Source of the DNA: Octopus vulgaris
Taxonomy: Eukaryota
NCBI GenBank assembly: GCA_951406725.2
Contig: OX597815.1
Span: 93,062,001-93,126,000, forward strand
DNA length: 64,000 bases
Reading direction: 5' to 3'
The notes beneath the pieces were generated by a model that worked only from the letters and a program-made list of their open reading frames with translations, ran no database searches and was not told the DNA's origin. How positions within the stretch are numbered: the first letter of the stretch is position 1; the number at the start of each line of letters is the position of its first letter. Positions 27,875 through 40,090 of the stretch are shown piece by piece. Made by a program: the position numbers and the translations under genes.

Positions 27875-29975
27875 GCGACTAGGAACCTAGTATGATGTTG
27901 CTAACCAGATGTCTTGCATGTAAAGTTAAGTGTGATGTTATCAACATAAATAGTTCTGTTGATAGGAGTGGCTCAAACCATGCCTTTGCTTTCAACTGAT
28001 TGACCATTTCCTTGATGTCTCATTGATTGTTACTCTGTTTGTGAACTTAGTCTTGCAGCTTCCGAAAGTATAAATACCACTTAATTTTGGCAAACAAAAT
28101 ATAAGTCCCTTTGTTCACTCATCTCTTTTGTCTTTGTCTCAACATTATTTTTTGATGCTTACTGAATAGATGTTTGTACTTGTTTTATTAGTAACATATT
28201 TTTTAAAGCATTTGTTCTTCACAAAAATAAAATGTTTGAACGTTTTCTGTCTGCATCATATATTTTTTCAGCCACAAAATACAACACAATCATATTTAAT
28301 TGGCAGTGAATCATTTCCAACAATGCTAGAAAAATGGAGTTTAAAAATCTACACTGACCAAAAACCCCTGGTTTATGTCAATTTGTCAAAACTGGATCAG
28401 CAGTCTTCCAGAGAAGTGAGATACATAGATTACTTGTTTCTGTTTCTATCAAACATCAGACATATTTGGGCAGACAGTATTGCAGCTGACATATCTTTCG
28501 CAACTGGAAATGATAGTTCCACACATGGTTTCAAATATTGATTTCAAATATATCACAGTTGATCAGGAAGGTAAGAAGTAGCTTCAATCACTGTTAGGTC
28601 ACACTTTCTCTCTCACTTTCGAGGTAGTATTTCTCCCTAAGGGTGATAGTTATATATCTGGTGTGACACATCAACCTGATCCCCTTGTCCATTTGTTCAT
28701 AAAGGCCACTGACAAACTGGTTTTTGGCATTCCGTGCAATCTATTGCATTCAGGAATTAATTACCTCAAAATGTACATAGCCTGGAATTAATCATGATGC
28801 ATGTATCTGGACATGGAACTACTGGAGATGCCAAATCAAAGTTATCCAACATGTGAAATCATTTCTTGGTACATTTTCCACACCAGACACTAGGCTTCAT
28901 CATTGGATTGGACCCTTTCCCTTTCAGGGATTTGCCTCTATTTGCTGATGTATATGAATCACTATACATGATGACCAAAGGCTATACCTATCACAGATGT
29001 TACAACAGAGACAGTAGCAAGAAAATTGCTTTGATTTGGTGCTTCTATTATTATACACAGCTGAGACAGCTTCAATCCACTCTTTTTTTTGCACTGACCA
29101 ACCTATAATGATACCAACATATGCACAACAGCCTATCACCCTCAGGCTCATGGAATGGTTGAGGAGTTCCATCATCAATTGAACTCTAAACATTGCTGTA
29201 AGCTGGTCCCTGTGGTTCTACTCAGCATATGTGAAATGATAAAGGCTGACTTAGGTTGTACCACTGCAAAACTGGTTTATAGAACTAAACTTAGATTACC
29301 TGAACAGTTGGTCACACTAATGCAGGAATTAAACCACAAGATTTGACTATGTGTGTTGGCCAATTGAGATATGACAGACATCTCCTCAATGAGTCTATAC
29401 CATCAACAGTTTTGATGGTCTTGAAAGAATACAAAAAATGAACTCATGTTTTTGTACAAGATTCATTCAGAAAAGCACTTTAGCCATGATATCTGGAGTT
29501 GCATAATGTTGTTCATCGCACACCCAAATATTATGTCTTACTTATCAAAGATCAGTATCAGACAATTAGTACTAACTGCCTCAAAGTTGCATTCCTTGAT
29601 GAAGAATCTGTTTCTATATCCCTTCTTGTTCAAGGGGTTGCTGATATTGAAAGACCAGGCAGAACTCTTCTTGCATTTCAATATGAACCATAATGGACCA
29701 CAAGACAAGACTACCATGTAAATTGGCCCAAATGTTTGTTGTACAACATAACTGATATTTGGAAATAAAGAAACTTGATCAGTATGTATGCCTACATTTT
29801 TCTTTTTTATCACCTCTCGGATTCTACAACACATCAATTCCTAGGAAGCCCCTTATGTAGCGAATGAGTACACCTTCTATGAAGTTGTTGGCAAGATGTC
29901 ATCTACATAAAGTATACTGTGATTATGTCATTGACCTGACTTAAACTTTTGTTTATAAGAGTGACTCAAAGCTGA
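27875..29975 (+). mobile_element. Decayed, internally deleted Gypsy LTR retrotransposon
   Basis: RNase H remnant IYTDQKPLVY...REVRYIDYL...IRHI..AAD and integrase remnants GMVEEFHHQL and DLGCTTAKLVY..LRLP. Similar LTR-like segments at about 27880-27980 and 29856-29972. Confidence 0.75.
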
Positions 29976-32900
29976 TATATATATATATATATATATACTT
30001 AAAAAGTAAAGGTGGAAACAGCATGAAAATAAGCTTAAAGACCTTTCCACACTTGCCACATCAAGTGACCTTTACAAAATACTACCAGTCCCAATGTACA
30101 TGTCCACCCTTAGCATTTTATGGTCCACTGTTGTAAAGGCAATCAATCAACTTATGGGTTAAAATATAAATAAAACATACACATTATATATATATATCGC
30201 ATACACATACATGTGTATATTATATTGGTTCATTTGTTTTACATTCTTGAATGGGTTAGATCAATATATAATTGGAGGCACTGTTTTATAGCTGGATGCT
30301 CTTCCTGATGCTGATCTTTATCTGTTTGTTTTTTAAAAATTTTTTCAAGTAAGGGATCACATATTGTATACAGCTTTGAAGGCATGAAGTTCCTGGATGA
30401 TTTGTTGATAGGGAAAATTGACAATACCACAAGCTTCACTTTCATACAAACAATTACAGAAGTAAATAAATGCACAGACATATGCATACACACACAATAG
30501 CCTTCTTTCAGTTTCCATGAACCAAATCTACTTCCAAGGCTTTGATTGGTCTGGAGTTATAGTTGAAGAGGCTGACCAGAACCAGTTTGCTTATTATCCA
30601 TCTTTCATCTTAATGCTGTCCTCTCCACTTACATTTTACATTGATCACCCTCCTGAGGCACTAAATTATATCCCCTCCATCACTATACATCTCTTCTTCA
30701 CCACATTTCCTATGTCTGTCTCACACAATTTACACAACCAGATGTCATCTCTCTCATTCATCCCCTGTCTAGCATATTATTATTATTATTATTACTACTA
30801 TTACTATTATTGCCATTATTCTGTTGCTCTTCGATCCACTTTTTCCATTTCATATGTTTTATTGGTCACTCCTTAGCCTACCCAATTTCTACAGATGTAA
30901 CCTACTCCTCCCTCTTCTTTACCTATCATCCTTCAATATTTGTTCTTCATTATATTCACCCTCTTCTGCCAAGGTCAACTTTACCTTTCATCTTTTCGGG
31001 GTCAATAAATTAAGAACCAGTTGCGTACTGGGGTCGATCTAATTGACATTGGCTGGCCCCCTCCTCAAAAATTTCAGGCTTTGTGCCTAGAGTAGAAAAG
31101 TAGAAAAGATTATTTTCATCCTCTCTTTCCTAAACTGTAACCATTTCTCACTCTCAACAATTACACACCCACACTTCCATTTCTCCTGTCTTCACACATG
31201 TCTCCCCTTGCATCTTGAAGGTCCACTCTCACACTTCATTGCCACTATTTTTATCTTTCTCCAGCTCCACTCCAGACACTCACCCTTTCTGCTATAATGT
31301 GAGTAGCTTCTCTGCAGCAAGAAGCCCATACTGTTCTGGTCCCCTTCACCCACACTTAAAACTCCTCATCCAACAGCATAAACCCATGTCCCTCTCTACT
31401 GTTATCTTACTCAGTCAAAGGGGATCTTAGTCTTGCAGGCTGCATACTGACCTCACTAGTGCTGGTGCTATAAAAAAAAAGCACCCAGTACACTGTAAAA
31501 TAGTTGGCATTAAAAAAGGCATCCAACCATAAAAAAACCATGCCAAAGCAGACATTGGAACATCATGCAGTCTTCAGACCTGTTAGACATTAGATGATAA
31601 TGATGATGATGATGAGCCAAAGATGAGCAATGCCGATAGTTAGGTATCTAAATATGTATGATTCAGCAAGATGAGTGCTAAAGTTGGTGATATTGATAAG
31701 ATGGTGAAAATTGCAATATTCTGATCATGTGTTAGGGCCCAGAACATTTATACCTACATCTTTTTTGTGTGTGTGTGTGTGTGGGGGTGGGGGTGGTGGA
31801 TAGAAGGAAAATAAATTTGTGGATGATAAAACAAAAACAGGGAGAGGATATCAAGGACTGGACAGAGAGGTTCCTAGCAAAGAGCACATCTGCAGCAAAA
31901 GACTGTAGTGTGTGGTGAGGACTAGCAGCTGTGAATAAGCCATGTCCTGCTAAATCCTTAGCCACGATGATGGGAATATTCAGTCAAGTCATATGCACAC
32001 ACACACACCATTTAGAAAATTTATATTTTTGTTTTTATTGTTGTTATTTTTATTTATTTCTAATGTAGGTGCAAGACCAACAATTTTGAGTGGAAAGGTT
32101 GTTGATTACATCTTTCCCAGTATTGACTGGCGTTTTTTCACTGACCCAGATGGGGGATGAGATGCAAAGTTGACATAAGAACATAAATTGTGGGAATAAA
32201 CACCACAAGGTATTTTACTTGATGCTTTAATGATTCTGTAAAACTCTCGACATATTTGTACCTGCTCTTTATATTCTTAGTTTAATTTCCACCAGATTCA
32301 ACTTTGTTTTTCACCACTCCAGTATCAATCAAATAAAATACCAGTCATGTACCATGATTGATTTAATTAACTAATACCCCAACCACCAAATTTCTGGCTT
32401 TGAACTTTTGTCAGCAAGAATTATTATCATTATTAGTATTATGATATAATAATGTTATGTAGTAGCAATGACAAATTTAAAAGACTTAGGAAAATTATCT
32501 TCACATTAAAATAATTTATAATAGTTTATACTTCCATATTAATATCATTTGATGAAAACCCTCAGCTTATTTTGTTGCATATGATGGAAAGTGTCAGCTA
32601 CCCACAGCCAGCAGACTAAGGTGACACTTGTTTACTTATGCTTCAAGAACCCTGTGGAGAACTCTTGCAGTTCCAAGCAAAGGTGATTTTTATAAGTTTC
32701 TATCTTTACTTTTGTACCAATCTTTTTGAGCCATTATTATTATTATTATTATTATCATTATTATTATTATTTGATAATAAATCTCTAAATAAAACAAAAT
32801 ATTCAGATAAAATATGGTTAAATATTTCTTTTAATACAACTTACTTAAATGTGTTTAGTATAACAAAAATAAAAATAAAGAAAAACTGCAGTGTGCCACA

Positions 32901-33228
32901 TGTTAGCCGAAAATGTTTTACTGTGTTACATACATCTCATCTTCAAGTACCCATTGTATCACATGTTATCCCTACCAAATATTCAATGTGCCACATGTTA
33001 GTTTTGACTAACTGCTTGTTGTGTTACTTAATAAACTTCTTTGAGTGTACCATCAGTTAACTTCTGCTCAATGTTCAGTGCATAGCATATCACCTCAAAT
33101 ATCCAGTGAGCTACATATTACCCGGAGTGTTTAATGTGCTGATTATAAACCCCCAAGTGTTTAATGTTTACCTAGTTATCTCAAATGCTTAAAAAATGTC
33201 TAAAAACGTAAAGAGAATACATGCTTAA

Positions 33229-33342
33229 CACTTTAGTACTGAAACCAGCCATGTTCAGCTGAAATATTCTAATTGTCATTCTAAATATAAACAATTACAT
33301 CATCAAAATCTCAAAGTTACAAGATAATGCATGATTAAAGAG
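33229..33342. mobile_element. Internally deleted copy of the piggyBac-type MITE
   Basis: TTAA on both sides. Shares aaatctca.ag.tacaagataatgcatgatt with the 1172-1392 element. Confidence 0.65.
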
Positions 33343-33359
33343 TTAAGATAGCTGCTGTA

Positions 33360-34690
33360 GTAATAAGTGACCATATTAACAGATACTCCACAGACACTAT
33401 TTACATTTTACAGACACCATATGCTGTAACTTGCAAAAGTCATCATGTTTCATGACTTACACTACAGATAGTCATGTTCAATGACCTACTTACTCTATAA
33501 TCACCATGCAACGTTATGTACTAATTTCTTCAATTTCCATATTCCACAACCCAGTTACATTACAGTCACTATGATGTAACCAATTACCATCATACTTTGG
33601 CTTACATTATAGACACCATTTATGTTCTAGTAATATAACCATTTTGTTCAGCAATCCACCAATACTACATATATACAGTATATACACCATATATACCATG
33701 TTTTGTCACCTACTTATACAGTCACCATGTTCTATATTTTGTTAACACTGTACTTACTATTTAAAATTCAGTGACTTAATTACAGTATACTTATCATGCT
33801 GTAAAACTTATACTACAGTCACTGTTTTGTGACCTATTTACATTATAAACACCATGTTCTGTGGCCTACTTATGCAATAGTGAACATGTTCTGTGGCTCT
33901 CAACTGGGGACCATATAAGATTTTTGTGGGTCCATACAACTAAATAAATGGGGGATCTACAAGAGTATTCTAAGGGCCCCTAAAAATTTTTTGTTTTAGA
34001 TGTATGTATTGCAAGAAACAGCTAAGTTTCTTTAACATTTTACATAGTTCAGTCTACACAAATTAATGTGTGATAAACAAAATAAGAACTTTGAAAACTG
34101 TTTCTATAAAACTAGTTTTTAAATATCAAATGGCTATGGGAGCCCACCAGAATAAAATAGTAATCAAAGGGATCCATAAATAAAAAATGGTTGAAAATCC
34201 CTGATTTACACAGTCACTGTTGTTTTGTGATCTGCTTACATCGTAGTCACTATGTTCTGTGAACTACTTTACTATAATAACCATGTTCAGTGACCTATTT
34301 ACATTGTAGGTTGCTGTTTTGTGACCTATTTGTGCTAGTCACCATGTCCTGTGACCTACTTATGCTGTAATCAGCACATTCTGTGATCTACTTATAGTAT
34401 AGTCTCCATAGTGTGACCTACTTATGCTGTATTCACCATGTTCTGTGATCTACTTTTGGTATAGTCCTCATGTTGTGATCTATTTATGCTATAGCAACCA
34501 TCTTTTATGACCTACTTATGTTGTAGTCACCATGTTCTGTGATCTACATATGTATAGTTTCCATGTTCTGTGACCTATTTATGCTATGGTTTCCATGTTC
34601 TGTGATCTATTTGTACTGTAGTCACCATGTTTAGTCTACTTACACTATAATCATCTTGTTTTGTGATCTAATTAAACTATAGCCACTATT
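33360..34690. repeat. Minisatellite, about 32-bp unit GTCACCATGTTCTGTGACCTACTTATGCTATA
   Basis: Head-to-tail units, more homogeneous to the right of the MITE insertion. Confidence 0.85.
33891..34203. mobile_element. hAT-like MITE inserted in a minisatellite
   Basis: Degenerate termini CTGTGGCTCTCAAC...GTTGAAAATCCCTG (CAGGGGTTCTCAAC type) interrupt the 32-bp array. Confidence 0.55.
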
Positions 34691-34899
34691 TCAGAGGCTT
34701 AGTGACAGAGTCATCATTTCAAAGAATTATCTAGTCTTACAAAAGTTAGTATTTAAATAGTATTTCAGTTAACTAGTGATATTAAAATCACTAATTCATT
34801 TATCTAGTAATACTACAACCACTATTTCAAATAATACACAATTTAAAATAATATAATGCTTCTTTTCTCCTGTTGTTTTAATGTAAAATTAACTTCAAA

Positions 34900-34979
34900 A
34901 CAATACAAAAAAAAACAAAAAAACTGCATAGGTAGAAATGATGACGCTTTTGATTAATATAACAAAAACAAGTTTTATT
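34900..34979 (-). terminator. Putative polyadenylation site of the Trio-like gene
   Basis: AATAAA at 34974-34979 on the minus strand, followed downstream by a U/GU-rich tract (TTTTTTTGTTTTTTTTTGTATTG). It marks the end of a long repeat-poor U-rich region. Confidence 0.5.
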
Positions 34980-35457
34980 CGGAAATCTTTGACACTACTA
35001 AATGTTTATATTTACAGCTTCTGGACTGTTTAGTCCATGTTTAATTGACAGGCTCATGGAAATACAACATACTGAGGGAAAGGGGAAAAAAAAATACATA
35101 TAAGGGATAATAATAATAATGATGATAATAATAGTAACATTAATAACAACAACAACAAAGGTTTGTTTTTAATGTACAAAGAAATATAAATTAGGCGAAG
35201 GAACTATTGAATGAGAATTACAAATGACACAAGTCTATGAACATAAAACTGATCTTGTAAACTGATTTATTTTATTTTCTCTTGCTAGCAGCTCAATGCA
35301 ATCAGCATTTGTATGCAACTGATACAATTTATACATGTCTATTATCCAGGTTTTTTGTCTGATCAAAACAGACCTAAACTAACTCTTGATCACTTTCAGA
35401 CAAACAGCATCATTAAAAAATAATTCTTTTTTTTTTTTTAAAAAAAACAACTTTACA

Positions 35458-35493
<36 letters not shown>

Positions 35494-37569
35494 CATTATT
35501 ACTTTTTACATAAAAAAAAATTAAGAACAAAACGTTTGGTGTTAATCTGATACCAAAGTATTGGTATCAAATATTGCTTAGTCAAGATCATAGGTATTTA
35601 ACACCTCATGAGAAATAACACCAGTGGTTACAGGCTTCTGATACTAATTTTCTTTGATGTTATACAGGAAACAGAAACTTTTTTATTTGCTTTAAGTCAT
35701 ATAGGAACAGAATTTTTAGAGTTTGATATATATATAAGGTGGGTTTTTTTTTTTATTATTTTTATTTCGGGATAGTTGGTTTTTTCCTTGTCGCATAGCC
35801 AAAAGTTATAAAATAATTTCAGCCATTCCCTAAATATTGAGGATAAGAAATGTAAAACAGCTAGATCTGTACACAATAATCAGTGGAAAAAGAAAAAGAA
35901 AAACAAAGCAATAAATGCTCATTCACCTAAACAAAATGCTGCACTAGTGTTAGGGTGGGTGGATAGAAGGGAAGATGGATGATTAACAATGCATACCTAT
36001 TCCCTGTTGTTTTATAACATTATAAATTCTCAAGATACAAAATATGTTACTTAAATCTATCAGAATATATTTACTAGTAAAGAAAGAATAATAAGAGATA
36101 GAATGAATAATACTGATACTATTAATAATAAGGAAAGGTTGAAGAAAGAATGAAGATGACTATTATACCTTAATTTAAATATACCAATAAGGTCCAGAAG
36201 AGGACTGGTTGAAGGAACTTCACTGCCAGACTTCAGATCTATTGCTTTCTTTTACTTAACACACAAATGTAATTAATACTTGCTGTAGTTTTTAAAATGA
36301 CTTCTTTTAAGAAAATATAAGTTTGAAATAAAGAGTAGTTCATTATTCTCATTTCATTTTTTATTTATGTAAATAGATTGTCTGTCACTCACATATTTAC
36401 ACTTAATCATTGCTGGCAGTAAAGTCATCTCAACTAGAGTCTGCATACCAAACAGTCTAACTGGATCCAAGGACAAAGCCATTTCTATTTGAACTAACAT
36501 ATTATGCTACCAATAATACGATGGATGGTTAAGTTACATGATATCACTGATGGCCATAAGTTCAGGCCTCTGTTTGAACCAAATGTAATATCTGATGATG
36601 ATGATAATGATGGTGATGGTAATAAAAGTAATAATAATTTCTTACACTTGCAGAACATCACAAATATGTAGGAGAGTGGTAAAGTCAGTTATGTACCTGC
36701 CACTCATTTTATAACATTAACAATGATGAAGATGATAATGAACTTTCTTGCCAACCAAGCATGTTTAGCATGAAGATATGAAATCCCTCAAAATATATAT
36801 TTTATTACATATATTTTTTTTACTAGAACTCATGCAATTAACACCAACAATGCACACAGTAATGGACAAATGTTTGTTTTCTCAAGATATAAAGAATACA
36901 ACAACAACATCTAGCGACAATAAGGCGGAGTACAAGAGGGACAAAACAAGTAAGTTTAAATGTTTTCTGACACTACAGAGCTGTATTAAATGCTCCCACA
37001 TTATAAAGGTAATCAACATCAACACTGAAAACAACTATACCCAAATTTAAACTGCACAGAACATAGAACAGCTGATCAAAAAGCACAAACATTTAGCCAT
37101 CTGAAGGATAACATTGAATCACACAGTAACGAAAGACGTTGGCTGATGAAGTTAGAAATTGAAGCTGTAAATGTTATGTGTTACAATTTATTTAGTAATG
37201 CTGTAAATAGAGGAAATGATGGTAATGACGCTTGTAGTAATAATATTACTTGTAATATTAATGTTACCAATGAGCATAAGGATCATAACAATAAGTCATA
37301 AATAGGGTATCATTTTTCAGCAGTGGTAGGAATCCACCATGTGTCCATCATCCTATTTTTAATTGGTACAACTGAAATGATACACAACCACTTCTGTAAA
37401 GATATTGACAGATTATCTCTAAGAATAAATACATGGACATTCCAGAATATAGCAATACTATGGTCTGAATACACAGTATTTGTTGACCATAACCATTTTA
37501 CATGCAGGTTGTCCAAAATGAACTTAGGGAAACTATTCAGGTCTTCATCAAGCCATTATTTATACAGAT

Positions 37570-38560
37570 AAAATAATAATAATCCTTTCTACTATATGCA
37601 CAAGGCCTGAAATTGGGAGGGAGGGGGATAGCAAATTACATTGACCTAAGCGCTTGACTGGTACTTATTTTATCAACCCCAAAAGATGAAAAGCAAAGTT
37701 GGCTTCAGCAGAATTTGAACTCAGAACATAATGCCGGAAGAAATGCTGCTATGTATTTAGTCCAATATGCTAATGATCCTGTAGGCTCACTACTTAAATA
37801 ATAATAATAATCCTTTCTACTATAGGCACAAGGCCTGAAATTTGGGGGAGGGGACTCAACTGCTACTTATTGACGCCGAAAGGATGAAAGGCAAAACTGA
37901 CCTTGGCAGAATTCAAACTCTTTGGCAACATTTGAACTCAGAATGTAAAGCTGAAGTAATAATGGTTTCTGATTTAGGCAGAAGGGGTCAGTCGATACCA
38001 TTAACTCCAGTACTTGACAGATAATTTATTTTATCTGGAGTGAAAAGGAGATGAACTCAGAATATAGAGCAATGCAACACTCTTATGATTCTGGCAATCC
38101 ACTGCCTTCATAACTGTTTCTGATTTAAGGCTAGGAATTTTGAGGAAAGACCCCTCAAAATTCCTAGCTTTGTGCCTAAATACATGTATACATGTGTATG
38201 TATATGCAAAGGAGGTTAGTTGATTGATACCATTGCAACTCCCAAAGGACGAAAGGCAAAACTGACCCTAGAAGAATTTAAGCTCACAGTGCAAAGAGCA
38301 GGAAGAACAACAGCAAGGCATTTTGCTTTATACTAACAATCCTGGCAAATCCATTGCATCAGGTCAGTAATTTTAGGAAGTGGAGGTGAGTCAATTAAAT
38401 CAAACTCAGAGATGAAAGACAAATTTGAACTTAGTGGAATTTGATCCAATAATAACAACTGCTCCTAACATAAGTATCAAGGTTATAAATTTGGGGAAAG
38501 CCAATTACCCCTGTCCAAGTATATGATGTTCAAATGATTCTGCTAACATACTGCTCCCAA
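37570..38560 (-). mobile_element. Tandem cluster of family C tRNA-derived SINEs (about 5-6 partial copies)
   Basis: Repeated gcacaaggcctgaaatt...gaaaggatgaaaggcaaa...tttgaactcagaa units separated by (TAA)n. Confidence 0.8.
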
Positions 38561-39864
38561 TAATAATAATAAAGACAAATGATATCATATGGGAGAGGTC
38601 TTGGTTACAAGATCTTGACCTGTTCTGGCTGCAAATATCATGAAAGCTACAGCTATTATCCAGTGTGTTAAATAATTTATCCTAGCAATCAAATTACTAA
38701 TGTCTGCTGAAAATTCCTTCTGCTGTCCCATATCCTGTCATGTTTCTGAAACTCATAACCCATATGTTATCCATTCAGAAGACGAAAGTGACTACTCAAT
38801 TGTGAACCAATTATTATACAAGAATGAAAGAGAGAGGAACTTCTCATGTTTTCTGTATTGTCTCTAATTAGCAATATCTTTAATTTTTAAGTGACCCTAT
38901 AGCAAATTAAAAACAGTTTATTTTCCTTTCCTTTATATTTGTATAGACACATTGTCACTCACCTGTTAACGTTGTTTAGCCCCAGGTTAAAGACACTCCA
39001 GCTTTGGCAATCCTATCTTTTTGTTTATCTAGGACTACATTGTTTAATGTATCATGTGGTTTAAGATGGTAAGGTGTGATGTGAGAGACTTAGGTTATTA
39101 CTTCTAGAAGCTAAGCAACCTTGTAGAGGTTCCCTTGTTGGCTTGTGTCACTCATCTGTTGAACAGACAGGTAGCACTGAGCTGAATAACAGGCAAGTAG
39201 GATTGAATTGAATAACGACAGGCATTGTTACTTCACTGCTCCGAAAACATCATTTAACATTGATGAAATACAACAAAGAAAATCAAAAACAACTGACGAA
39301 ATGTTGAAGGGTACCTGTATAGGTAAACTTATTTTAATTTTATTGCTCTTTGTGTAATATAAGTAATATTTGCAATTGTTCACACTAAGTGTTGATCAGT
39401 CACCACATGTAAACACATTAACGAAGAACAAGTCAAATAACCACTTGACAGATTCAGCCCAAAACAGAAAAAAAAGAAAAACCCATCACAATCAATATAA
39501 ATGAAAACCCGTATCATTCAACCCAATGTTAAAGGGAGAATGCGTACTTTGAATTTGATGCATAAAAAGTACAAAAAAATAGATTGTGCAAAATTCTGCA
39601 ATCCAGAAACAAATAAGCCTGTACCCAATAAAAATGACAATCTAAATAAAGGCCAGACTTTACTCCTCAAATCCCCAAATAAAACAGAAATAGCATAAAT
39701 GGACATAAGAGGTATATATTTCCATACCACATACATATTTCACAGCTGTACACTATTTCAAAGTCAAGACTACCATAACATACATATATAATATCTGGAG
39801 AAAAATAAACTTGCTCTAAAAGTAACTTTGATCCCAAAAGACTAATTTAAAGAAAATACATCTT

Positions 39865-39865
<1 letters not shown>

Positions 39866-39904
<39 letters not shown>

Positions 39905-39905
39905 C

Positions 39906-39947
<42 letters not shown>

Positions 39948-40090
39948 CATATATAATATATATATACATATATATATACATATACATATATATACATATA
40001 TATATACATAATATATATACATATATAATATATATATACATATATAATATATATATACATATATATATATATATACATATATACAGATAT
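39866..40090. repeat. Compound (TA)/(CA) microsatellite in the putative 3' UTR
   Basis: Directly visible. Confidence 0.9.

Noticed and set aside
28170-29721. Several ORFs as host genes
   Set aside because: They are fragments of a frameshifted Gypsy pol.
33360-34690. CRISPR-like periodicity of about 30-bp units (also 2430-3470)
   Set aside because: The units are contiguous and degenerate with no unique spacers, there are no cas genes, and the context is eukaryotic.
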